Source: Bryobacterales bacterium
GTDB lineage: Bacteria > Acidobacteriota > Terriglobia > Bryobacterales > UBA6623
DNA: 64,000 bases
Direction of reading: 5' to 3'
NCBI GenBank assembly: GCA_965200705.1
Contig: OZ241376.1
Span: 4,169,844-4,233,843, forward strand
The notes under the pieces were generated by a model that was not told the DNA's origin, made no database searches, and saw nothing but the letters and a program-made list of their open reading frames with translations. Both the position numbers and the translations under genes were made by a program. Every line of letters starts with the position of its first letter. The first letter of the stretch is position 1. Positions 18,648 to 27,350 of this stretch are shown here, in pieces.

Positions 18648-19864
18648 AGGTCTGGCGTCCAGCCCGCTCTCTCGAGGGCTGCCCTGTGGCTCTTCTCGTA
18701 GTGCTGTCTCAGGAGGTCCTTCCCGTAGTCGTTGCCATTGGGGGTCCGTATCACGGTATGGATGTGCTGCGGATTGGGGACCGGAGGAAGACGCATGGCA
18801 ATAGGGCGCTGGTGATCGAACTCGATCAGGACGACAGGGCTGTGGACTCGGTAGTAGAAGACATCGTCATCGCCGTGTCCGCCCACCCAGCCGAAGTAGG
18901 TCCTGTCTAGATGCTGGCGGACTTCGTCCATCTTCACCTTCGCGTGACCGTCCGCCATGTTGCCGACGAACTCTCCCACCAGCTTCATCAGCAGGTCTGT
19001 CTGATCCTCGGACAGCGCGTCGCAAAGAAGTCCGGCGTAGTCGAGGTCGACGTTGTCGCTGAACGCCTCCGCCATGATGTTGTTGCGGTCCTTGACCTCG
19101 GCAAGGAGCGCCGCCGACCTCTGGTCCGGCGTCAGCGCCTGCATCAGGTCCAAGCCTCGGCGCAGTTCGCCTTGCAGCACAGACACGCCCTTGTGCTTGC
19201 CTGCTTCGGCGAACACAGGCTCCGACCCCATGAAGGTCGGAGCCATGACCACTTGGTCGCCCAGCACAAAGTAGTTCACGTTCAGATGATGGCCATCTAG
19301 CTGCCAGCCCCAGGGCTGCTCAGCGGATGGTTCACCCATGAACGTGAAGTAGTAGAACTCCTCGTCGTATTCGACGAAGTTGTCTGTCAGTTCGGCCAGC
19401 GAGTGGTTCAGCTTCATGATGTCCCGGCTGAGTTTGTATCCCTTGTCGCTGAGGCCGGCCTTCATCAGCCCGAAGGCCGCTTCTCGCTGAAAGTCGTCCA
19501 TGTCCTTCAACTGGACGCCCTGGCGGACGAGCATGTGCTGGTTCGCCCAGCGCCTCCACTCAATGTCGTCGACGGGGAACGTCGAAAGCTTTCTCTGCTC
19601 GCTGTTCAGAGCTGCCAGGAACGACTGCGCCGCCTCTCTGACGGGTGCCGTCGAGACGCCGCTTGCCCGGACCGGAAACAGGCCTGGCTCTACCGCGCCT
19701 CCCGCGATGATTCCCCGGAAGGGCTCGCTGATCGCCCGACTCTCTACCTCGGCGAACCGCCTCTCTCGGCGTCTCTGAGACTGGCCTTCTTCGACTACGA
19801 ACCACGTCCCAAGAACCGCTGCGCAGCTGGCGAGTAGCAAGATGCGGGTACGAGCACTCTTCAT
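18644..19864 (-). CDS. DUF3500-family protein (secreted, unknown function)
   Basis: N-terminal hydrophobic segment. FLAALNSEQRKLSTFPVDDIEWRRWAN...PWGWQLDGHHLNVNYFVLGDQVVMAPTFMGSEP matches my memory of DUF3500. Confidence 0.7.
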   Translation of the reverse strand: MKSARTRILLLASCAAVLGTWFVVEEGQSQRRRERRFAEVESRAISEPFRGIIAGGAVEPGLFPVRASGVSTAPVREAAQSFLAALNSEQRKLSTFPVDDIEWRRWANQHMLVRQGVQLKDMDDFQREAAFGLMKAGLSDKGYKLSRDIMKLNHSLAELTDNFVEYDEEFYYFTFMGEPSAEQPWGWQLDGHHLNVNYFVLGDQVVMAPTFMGSEPVFAEAGKHKGVSVLQGELRRGLDLMQALTPDQRSAALLAEVKDRNNIMAEAFSDNVDLDYAGLLCDALSEDQTDLLMKLVGEFVGNMADGHAKVKMDEVRQHLDRTYFGWVGGHGDDDVFYYRVHSPVVLIEFDHQRPIAMRLPPVPNPQHIHTVIRTPNGNDYGKDLLRQHYEKSHRAALERAGWTPDL

Positions 19865-20576
19865 GGCTCATCCAAGCTACCACGCAGATTGGCCTCGGCG
19901 GGTCTCCATCCGGCTAGGGTTGGCATGGACTTGACATCGGGAGAGCGAGGCAGGGTGAAGACTATCCGGGTGCTCCAGACGCCCCAAGGAACGGTGGCCA
20001 GCATTGAGCTAAGGCAAGGCCGTTTACTCCATCTCGACCATGCTCGAACCTGGACGACCACGCTTCGTGGGAGCTCTGGCGGACTTGGTGGGCAGGCTGG
20101 ATGGCGAGCGGGCAGTCAGTGGTGCCCGCCTAAGGTCCCGCCTGGTTCAAGCTCGGGGCTGTAGGCGTCGGGGCACAGCTCTCGTTAGCTGCCAATCGCC
20201 ACTCTTGCCGATCTGGGGTTCAGGTCCCGATCCTTCAATTGAACAATAAATACATTGCATTCAATGTTTAGAGATACTTTCATAAGTGGACGGATTAGGG
20301 TTTCAGACCGAGTCTCGGTTCATTCCATAGGTGCTGATCCCCCTAAGAGTGAGCTGCGACATCGCTGCTTGGACCTGGCTCGACGATCTTTCCATGCGTG
20401 CTTGACGACACGTGGTTCAGCCTTGCCGACTGTCAGGCCGCATAGCTCGGAGGCACTAGGGTCTGATGATCAGCACTAACTCGTCTTGCGGGTACAAGGC
20501 GGCTCGCAACACACCATGCAGTTCATGTTGGGACTTTGCGGGTCCACGGCTGCAATCCGACTGCTATGGTGAGCCC

Positions 20577-22004
20577 GTGAGAACCCGTACAGCCTGCACC
20601 TTCTTTCTCTGCGCCGCCATGGCGATCGGACAGCAGCTCGGTGTCAGCGAGTTCAAGAACAGCGGATCGTCGGCAGCGCAGGAGGCGTTTCTGCGGGGTG
20701 TGCTGCAGCTCCACAGCTTCGAGTACGACGATGCTGCGAGTGCGTTTCTCGAGGCCCAGAAGGCCGATCCAAAGTTCGCTCTGGCGTATTGGGGCGAAGC
20801 CATGACAAGCTACCGTCCCGTCTGGGGATACGAGCGGCTCAAGGAAGGGCGTGCCGCCCTGAAGAAGGGTGCCTCCGCGAAGGCAGGCACCGATCGCGAG
20901 CAGGCATACCTTGATGCCGTCGGGATCCTCTTCGGGAAGGGTGAGCGCGAGGAGCGCTGGATGCGCTACACCGCTGCAATGGAGAGTATGGCCGAGCGGT
21001 ATCCAGACGATCTAGAGGCCGCGAGCCTGCATGCTGTCTCACTGTTTGGCACGACCCCTCGGCAGCGCGACCACCCAACGTATATGCGCATCGCGGCCAT
21101 TGCCGCAGATGTGTTCCGGAAGAACCCGAAGCATCCAGGAGCAGTGCACTATCTGATCCACGCGTTCGACGATCCGATCCACGCTCCTCTCGGACTGCCC
21201 TATGCACAGGTGTATGCGGACATCGCTCCAGCGGCGCCGCACGCCCAGCACATGCCGTCGCACATCTTCTTGGCGCTTGGGATGTGGGACGACGTCGTTT
21301 CGTCCAACACCGACTCGTGGAACTCGTCAGAGGCGCGCGTGAAGCGTCTGGGCCTAGGCACCGACGACCGCGGCTACCACGCGCTGTGGTGGATGCAGTA
21401 TGCCTACCTGCAGCAGGGAAACCTCGAGGCTGCGAGGAAGAACCTAGCTGTCATCGAAGCGGATGCCTCCAGGTCGAAGACTAAGCTCGCCCGCGATCAC
21501 TACGCGTACCTGCGCTCTCACATCCTGGTGGACGGGGAGCGCTGGAAGGATGACCTGAGACTTGTGGACGACGAGGGACTGACTGCACGCGCATGGGGTG
21601 CCAATGCTCTGGCTGAAGGCATGCGAGCACTGAAGAACGACGATGTCGCTGGTGCGCGCCAGTGGTCCGAGAAGCTCAACAAGCGTGCCTCCAGCGAAAA
21701 GGACAGCCACAGTTCGATCCCGGTCGCAGCTCTGGAACTGGAAGCCCTCGTGCTCATGCAGGACGGCAAGTCCGAAGACGCCCTTGCCAAGCTCCGCGAG
21801 GCAGTCGAAATGGAGAAGAGCACGCCATTCGGTTACGGTCCGCCGTTTCCGGTCAAGCCCGCTCACGAACTCCTCGCCGACGCGCTTCTCGAGCTGGGCC
21901 GCGCGGAGGAGTCGGTTACCGCCTATCGCGCCGCCCTAGACCGCACGCCGGAACGTGCCTTAGCAGTCAAGGGCTTAAAGGCTGCAATGAAGGCAGCACA
22001 TTAA
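20577..22004 (+). CDS. TPR-like helical-repeat protein, unknown function
   Basis: ORF 20466..22004. GTG 20577 gives the signal-like VRTRTACTFFLCAAMAIGQQ. Helical repeats (FLEAQKADPKFALAYWGEA, ...AYRAALDRTPERALAVKGL) and a conserved-looking HYLIHAFDDP...HMPSHIF segment. Confidence 0.7.
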   Translation: MRTRTACTFFLCAAMAIGQQLGVSEFKNSGSSAAQEAFLRGVLQLHSFEYDDAASAFLEAQKADPKFALAYWGEAMTSYRPVWGYERLKEGRAALKKGASAKAGTDREQAYLDAVGILFGKGEREERWMRYTAAMESMAERYPDDLEAASLHAVSLFGTTPRQRDHPTYMRIAAIAADVFRKNPKHPGAVHYLIHAFDDPIHAPLGLPYAQVYADIAPAAPHAQHMPSHIFLALGMWDDVVSSNTDSWNSSEARVKRLGLGTDDRGYHALWWMQYAYLQQGNLEAARKNLAVIEADASRSKTKLARDHYAYLRSHILVDGERWKDDLRLVDDEGLTARAWGANALAEGMRALKNDDVAGARQWSEKLNKRASSEKDSHSSIPVAALELEALVLMQDGKSEDALAKLREAVEMEKSTPFGYGPPFPVKPAHELLADALLELGRAEESVTAYRAALDRTPERALAVKGLKAAMKAAH

Positions 22005-24016
22005 GGCTGTCGATTCGATGGGACAGGGGAGCCCGTCGAAGCCGAAGTAGCCAGCGCGAAAGCCCAAAATCCCATTCCAGAGCCAATCGCGACGTATTGC
22101 CGACCGCCCATCATGTACGTCATCGGCGATGCTTTCCAAGTCTGGTTCGCTTGGAAATGCCACAGGGGTTCGCCATTGGTGGCGTCCAGCGCGGCGAACG
22201 CACCGCTGTCATCGCCGTAGAACACTAGGTCGCCAGCCGTAGACAGTACTCCCGAGTACGTCGTGGAGCCACCTGTCTGGGGATGGTCCCACACGGTCTT
22301 GCCAGTCTGGATGTCGAGTGCACGAATGTGCCGGCGGTTCGGTGAGTCGTCCGTGTGGCGAGCCGTTCCGCCAAGCCACGACTGTCCGCGCCTCCAAGGA
22401 TCGTCGTTCTTCGAGTAGACCATGCACGCCTCGTGCACCATCAGGTAGAACAGCTTCGTCCGGTCGCTGTACGAGGACGCCCACCAGTTCGTCGCTCCGC
22501 GGATCGCCGGGCAGACGGCGCTCCCTTCCTCGGTGGGGTCGCTGCCCGGCAGGAGCATGGGACGCCCGTTCGAATCCAGGCCCTCGGCCCAGGTCTGCTT
22601 AACAAACGGCTCGCCTAGAAGAAACTCGCCGGTCACGCGGTCGAGGACATAAAAGAACCCGTTGCGGTTGGCCTGCACAAGCAGCTTGCGGGGCACACCC
22701 CGGAACTCCTCATCAATGAGCAGCAGCGGCTCTTGGGCATCCCAGTCATGCGTGTCGTGCGGTGTGAACTGAAAGTACCACTTTAGGTTTCCGGTACTAG
22801 GTTCCAGTGCCAACACCGAATTCGTGTACAGATTGTCCCCAGGTCGCCGGTCGCCGTTGAGGTCCGGGCATGGGTTTCCGGCCGCCCAGTACAGGGTGTC
22901 GATGTCAGGGTCGTAGCTTCCGGTCAGCCAGGTGGCGCCGCATCCCTTCTCCAGCACCTCCGGATCGCCCCACGTCTCGGAACCCGGTTCGCCTGGTGCC
23001 GGTATCGTCCAGAAGCGCCACGCGAGCTTCCCCGTCTCTGCGTAATAGGCGTCGAGAAACCCCCGCAGGCCGGTGTCCCCGCCGGAGATGCCCACGATCA
23101 CCAGGTCATCGACAACCAGCGGCGCTGCAATCGCGCCGTAGTGGTCTCGACTGTCGGCCATCTCGATGTCCCAAACGAGGTCGCCGGTCCAGCGATTGAG
23201 CGCGAAGGCGTGGGCGTTGTCGGTGACGCTGAACAGCAGGTCACCTCGGATCGCAACCCCGCGGTTGAGTCCGATGGCCGCATCGCCGACGAGCCCCTCG
23301 CTGCGTGGACGCCCGTAGGACCAGATCTGGCGTCCAGTAGCGGCATCTAGGGCAAAGACCTGGTTGACGCCAGTGACGTACATGATCCCGTCCACGACGA
23401 CGGGAGTGCCCTCGATCATCCGGTGGTCCGGGACGGGGAAGAACCATGCCGGAGCCAGAGCGGACACGTTGCCGCGATGGATCTGGTCGAGCTGGCTGTG
23501 GCGGTTGCCTGCGTCGTTGCCGTGATAGGTCGGCCAGTCCGCGCTTGCCCCGTCGTCGGCTCGGGTTGTGCCCCCGTTCTTGTGCCGAAGCAGGTGAATG
23601 CGACCGTCCTCGTCCCGCAGCTGGGTGTCGAACCCGCTCTCGTTCAGGACCGTTCCACGAACCACGTCGCCGTCGACGACCCGCAGCTCGACGACCCGCT
23701 CCGCTTGTTCTTCGCTCCAGTCTGCCGCGAGAGTCCGAACGTGCTCGGCCAGACTCGCAAGAATGTCCTCTGGCAGATCGAAGGCGGGCATGCCTCTCGC
23801 CGGCGCACCCGTACGCAGGAACGCAGCGATCTCGTCGGCTGAGTGCGACCCGCCGTACTCGAGGATGCCCTGCGCTCGGTTGGTCCCCTGTCCGTCACCG
23901 CCGTGGCATAGCACGCAGTGGCCAGCGAACAGCTGCTCGCCATCCTGCGATGCAGCTATGCAAAAGGAAGCTGCCGCGATGCCAAGCAGCAGGAGACGGA
24001 GCGATGCGGCGGACAC
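22001..24016 (-). CDS. PQQ-dependent dehydrogenase (8-bladed propeller type) fused to an N-terminal c-type cytochrome domain
   Basis: GTG start 24016, signal peptide, CVLCH heme motif (about 23903-23917) with GMPAF. After a short beta domain comes WPTYHGNDAGNRHSQL...GTPVVVDGIMYV...KWYFQFTPHDTHDWDAQEP...NRNGFFYVLDRVTGEF. Confidence 0.85.
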   Translation of the reverse strand: MSAASLRLLLLGIAAASFCIAASQDGEQLFAGHCVLCHGGDGQGTNRAQGILEYGGSHSADEIAAFLRTGAPARGMPAFDLPEDILASLAEHVRTLAADWSEEQAERVVELRVVDGDVVRGTVLNESGFDTQLRDEDGRIHLLRHKNGGTTRADDGASADWPTYHGNDAGNRHSQLDQIHRGNVSALAPAWFFPVPDHRMIEGTPVVVDGIMYVTGVNQVFALDAATGRQIWSYGRPRSEGLVGDAAIGLNRGVAIRGDLLFSVTDNAHAFALNRWTGDLVWDIEMADSRDHYGAIAAPLVVDDLVIVGISGGDTGLRGFLDAYYAETGKLAWRFWTIPAPGEPGSETWGDPEVLEKGCGATWLTGSYDPDIDTLYWAAGNPCPDLNGDRRPGDNLYTNSVLALEPSTGNLKWYFQFTPHDTHDWDAQEPLLLIDEEFRGVPRKLLVQANRNGFFYVLDRVTGEFLLGEPFVKQTWAEGLDSNGRPMLLPGSDPTEEGSAVCPAIRGATNWWASSYSDRTKLFYLMVHEACMVYSKNDDPWRRGQSWLGGTARHTDDSPNRRHIRALDIQTGKTVWDHPQTGGSTTYSGVLSTAGDLVFYGDDSGAFAALDATNGEPLWHFQANQTWKASPMTYMMGGRQYVAIGSGMGFWAFALATSASTGSPVPSNRQP

Positions 24017-24050
24017 GGAGCTGGCGGCAGATCGCGATTATAGAAAAGAT

Positions 24051-24062
24051 CCCCCCCCCCCC
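24051..24062. repeat. C12 (G12 on minus) homopolymer in a divergent promoter region
   Basis: Read directly: ...tagaaaagat cccccccccccc ttgatgcc.... It lies 35 nt from the minus-strand GTG (24016) and 36 nt from the plus-strand ATG (24098). A perfect TATAAT on the minus strand (24042..24037) sits 8 nt from the tract. Confidence 0.9.
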
Positions 24063-24097
24063 TTGATGCCGGTAGCCTCGCTGCCAAACTGATAGGC

Positions 24098-25750
24098 ATG
24101 ACCGGTCTTGCCGCCATGATGTCCGCGAACCTCGCCCGATCTCTGCTCGTTGCACTGGGACTTGCTGGCGCTCAGGCGTTCGCAGCAATGCCCAACATCG
24201 TCTACATGATGGCGGACGACCTTGGAATCGGTGACGTGAAGTGCTATGGCGGTGACCGCTGCCGCACGAACACTCCCGCGATGGACTCGCTGGCGCGCGA
24301 CGGCATGCTCTTCGAGGACGCGCACTCCGTCGCGTCCGTTTGCGTGCCCTCCAGGATCGCGATCATGACCGGACGCTATGCATGGCGGTTTGCGCCGCCG
24401 AAGGAGAGGGGGCCATGGGGGTTCATCACCCCGCAACTGCCGTCTCAAACGTTCACGTTGGGTTCGATGCTGCAGGAAGCTGGCTATCGCACGGCGTATG
24501 TTGGCAAGTGGCATCTAGGGACCCTGATGCCTACCACCGACGGTAAGGTCCAAGGGCTTGAGAACGTCGACTACTCCAAGCCGCTCGTGGTGGGCCCGAA
24601 TGACTACGGCTTCGACCACTCGTTCATCTTGCCGGGCTCACTGGACATGTATCCGTATGTGTTTGTGCGGAACGGGGAGTTCCAGGGCAGCGTCACGGCC
24701 CAGAAAGGATGGAGCGCATTCAACCGGGTCGGTCCCGCCGCTGAGGACTTCGAGGACTACTTGGTCCTCGACAGATTCGCCAACGAGGCGGAAGCGTACC
24801 TGGAACGCAACGCCGAGTCCGCCAAGAGCGGCAAACCCTTCTTCCTGTACTTCGCCCTGACGTCGCCACACACCCCGACGAGCCCTAGTCCGGCGTTCCA
24901 GGGCAAGAGCGAACTCGGCCTCTACGGGGACTTCGTCGAGGAGACCGACGCCACGATGGGCCGAGTGTTGGCTGCCCTCGACCGGCACGGCCTCCGAGAG
25001 AACACCCTTGTGATCGCGACGTCCGACCACGGAGCGGCGCTCTACGCCGGGAACGTTCGCAAGGCTACGCCCAACCTGAATCGAGAACTGGAGAAGCTCG
25101 GCCACTACTCGAGCGGCATCTATCGCGGATACAAGTTCACCGTGTACGAAGGCGGCCTGCGCGTTCCCTTCGTTGTGCGCTGGCCTGGCACCGTGGAGCC
25201 TGGATCCCGATGCGACCGTCTCGTTGGTCTGAACGACATGGCAGCGACCTTTGCTGAGATCACCGGGACCCAGCTGGACATCGCGGAGGCACCGGACTCG
25301 TTCTCCATCCTCCCGCTTCTCAGGGATCCATCCTCAGAGGGCCCGGACCGGACCCTCGTCATGCAGTCTCCGCTGGCCTTTGCGGTCCGCGCCGGCCGCT
25401 GGAAGCTGGCGCTGACACCTGGCAGCGGATCGCGGGGCGTATGGGGGACGAGGCCCGATCCCGAAGAGGCGTGGGGCAATGCTCTCAACGGGTTTGGTGG
25501 CCCACCCACGGGACGCGATCTGCGTAGGGCTCCGTTTGTGCAGGTCTTCGACATGCACGAGGACGCAGTGGAGGATCGGAACGTGGCGGTTGAACGCTCC
25601 GACGTAGCAGGCTGGCTGAGTCGTCGGCTGGACGAGGTGATCGCCCGCGGCCGCAGCACCCCAGGTGCTCCGCTCTCCAATGACGTCGAGGTCGTCCGGG
25701 TTCACCGCAACGCACAACCCTGGCTGGAGCAGTGGGCGACGGTGCCTTAG
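24098..25750 (+). CDS. Sulfatase (arylsulfatase family)
   Basis: Signal peptide MTGLAAMMSANLARSLLVALGLAGAQAFA. PNIVYMMADDLGIGDV, canonical CVPSRIAIMTGRY, then TSDHGA and GGLRVPFVVRWPG. Confidence 0.9.
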   Translation: MTGLAAMMSANLARSLLVALGLAGAQAFAAMPNIVYMMADDLGIGDVKCYGGDRCRTNTPAMDSLARDGMLFEDAHSVASVCVPSRIAIMTGRYAWRFAPPKERGPWGFITPQLPSQTFTLGSMLQEAGYRTAYVGKWHLGTLMPTTDGKVQGLENVDYSKPLVVGPNDYGFDHSFILPGSLDMYPYVFVRNGEFQGSVTAQKGWSAFNRVGPAAEDFEDYLVLDRFANEAEAYLERNAESAKSGKPFFLYFALTSPHTPTSPSPAFQGKSELGLYGDFVEETDATMGRVLAALDRHGLRENTLVIATSDHGAALYAGNVRKATPNLNRELEKLGHYSSGIYRGYKFTVYEGGLRVPFVVRWPGTVEPGSRCDRLVGLNDMAATFAEITGTQLDIAEAPDSFSILPLLRDPSSEGPDRTLVMQSPLAFAVRAGRWKLALTPGSGSRGVWGTRPDPEEAWGNALNGFGGPPTGRDLRRAPFVQVFDMHEDAVEDRNVAVERSDVAGWLSRRLDEVIARGRSTPGAPLSNDVEVVRVHRNAQPWLEQWATVP

Positions 25751-25801
25751 CCTCCGGCCGCGTGGGCAGCCGGAAGGGCCGGAGAATCTCCACTCGACGA
25801 A

Positions 25802-26650
25802 CTAGGCGGGCACTGGCGACCGCTGCACGACGACCACTCTGTCCTTTCCAGAGAGATCTCGTACGAACGACGGTTGCTTCCATGCCGGGCGTGCAAGTAG
25901 CGCCTCAACGCCCTGGCGGAATCCCGCTCCGATTTCGAAGAGCAGCCATCCATCTGGCTTGAGGACACGCGGGACCTCAAGTGCAAGCTCCCGGATGACC
26001 TGTAGCCCGTCGGACCCCGCAAAGAGCGCCATCGGGGGCTCTTGTTGCAGTTCGCGCTGCAGGCCGGCCGCATCGCGGGTGGCCACATAGGGTGGATTCG
26101 AAACGACCATGTCGAAGGAATTCGACCGGAAAGCGGAGACCAGGTTCGCTTGAATGCAGGCCACGTCCTCGCCGAGCCTCGCAGCGTTCCCTCGCGCCAC
26201 CGCGATAGCGCCACCGGACTTGTCGCTGGCGACGACACCTGCACGTGGCGCATGACGGGCCAGTGCGATCGCGATGGCCCCCGAGCCCGTACCGACATCG
26301 AGGACTCGGTCTCGTTCGCCGAGGCGCTCTAATGCTGCTTCGACCAGGTGCTCCGTCTCGGGGCGGGGAATCAGGACCTCTGGCGTAACTCGCAGCTCCA
26401 GTTCGTAGAACTCCTGGACTCCGCGGATGTACTGCATTGGCACGCCATCGCAGCGAGAGCGGATCATCAAGCTGAATGCTTCGATGGCGCGCTGCTCGAT
26501 GGCCCTGTCGTCGTGCGCAACCAGCCAAGTCTGGCTGCAGTTGAGCGCATCGGCCAAGAGCACTCGGGCCGTGAGCCCTGGCGCGTCGACGGCGCTCGCC
26601 CGAAGGGTCTCTCGGGCCTGCAGCAGGGCATCCTGCACCGTCACGAACAC
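25802..26650 (-). CDS. prmC: Release-factor glutamine N5-methyltransferase
   Basis: VLDVGTGSGAIAIALA SAM motif and VSNPPYV catalytic motif. The HemK-like N-terminal helical domain is present. Confidence 0.85.
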   Translation of the reverse strand: MFVTVQDALLQARETLRASAVDAPGLTARVLLADALNCSQTWLVAHDDRAIEQRAIEAFSLMIRSRCDGVPMQYIRGVQEFYELELRVTPEVLIPRPETEHLVEAALERLGERDRVLDVGTGSGAIAIALARHAPRAGVVASDKSGGAIAVARGNAARLGEDVACIQANLVSAFRSNSFDMVVSNPPYVATRDAAGLQRELQQEPPMALFAGSDGLQVIRELALEVPRVLKPDGWLLFEIGAGFRQGVEALLARPAWKQPSFVRDLSGKDRVVVVQRSPVPA

Positions 26651-26760
26651 GGTGCCCCAATTGACTGATCATCCAGGCCTGCGCTGGCCGTCCAGTTCGC
26701 TCCACTGCGAGTTGCATCGGCAGCCGATCCACTGCGACGCTGGGTTTGGATCACGGCAAG

Positions 26761-27329
26761 ATGGCAACCAGCGAAACCGCTAACGGTTCGCGCCGAACTT
26801 GGCGCAAACTCGTGGCCAGGTCCCGCGTTCCTGTCTGTGCGCTCCTTGCGGTCGTCGCGTGCGTGCTGGCTCAGCCGAACCATCTCAGCCTGCAGATTGG
26901 AGTCCCTGTGTCGCTGGTCGGCCTTGCGATCCGGGCGTGGGCCGCTGGGCATCTCCGCAAGAACCAGTCCTTGGCAGTCTCGGGACCCTTTGCGCATGTA
27001 CGCAACCCCTTTACTTCGGTAGCCTGCTCGCCGCGGTGGGACTGGCGATCGGCACAGAGCACATCGCCGTGCTGGGATTGGTCCTGCTGGTGTTCCTGCT
27101 GTGGTTCCTGCCAGTCATCAGTGAGGAGGAGAGCCACCTGCGCACCATCCTGCCAAAGTTTCGCGAGTACGAGTCTCGAGTGCCGCGGTTCCTTCCAGCG
27201 CTGAAGCCCCGCTACCGGTCTTCCACGCGATTCGATCCAGGTCTCTATCTCAAGAACCGCGAGTACATGGCCGCTCTGGCGTGCGGGGCGTTTGTTCTCG
27301 TGCTCTGGGTCAAGCTCCGGCTCCTATAG
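26761..27329 (+). pseudogene. Isoprenylcysteine carboxyl methyltransferase / phospholipid methyltransferase family membrane protein, with a -1 frame break at a C run
   Basis: ORF 26746..27204 reads ...LRKNQSLAVSGPFAHVRNP, then goes out of frame. ORF 26799..27329 supplies the expected continuation PLYFGSLLAAVGLAIG...VISEEESHLRTILPKFREYESRVPRFLP. Restoring one C in the run at 27006-27009 gives the family motif GPFAHVRNPLYFG. Confidence 0.65.
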
Positions 27330-27350
27330 GGTCCGGGCTCCGTCGGAGCG

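Noticed and set aside
22568-22577. tRNA T-loop-like GTTCGAATCC
   Set aside because: It lies inside the PQQ-dehydrogenase coding region. No acceptor or anticodon stems can be drawn around it. I found no tRNA in the window.
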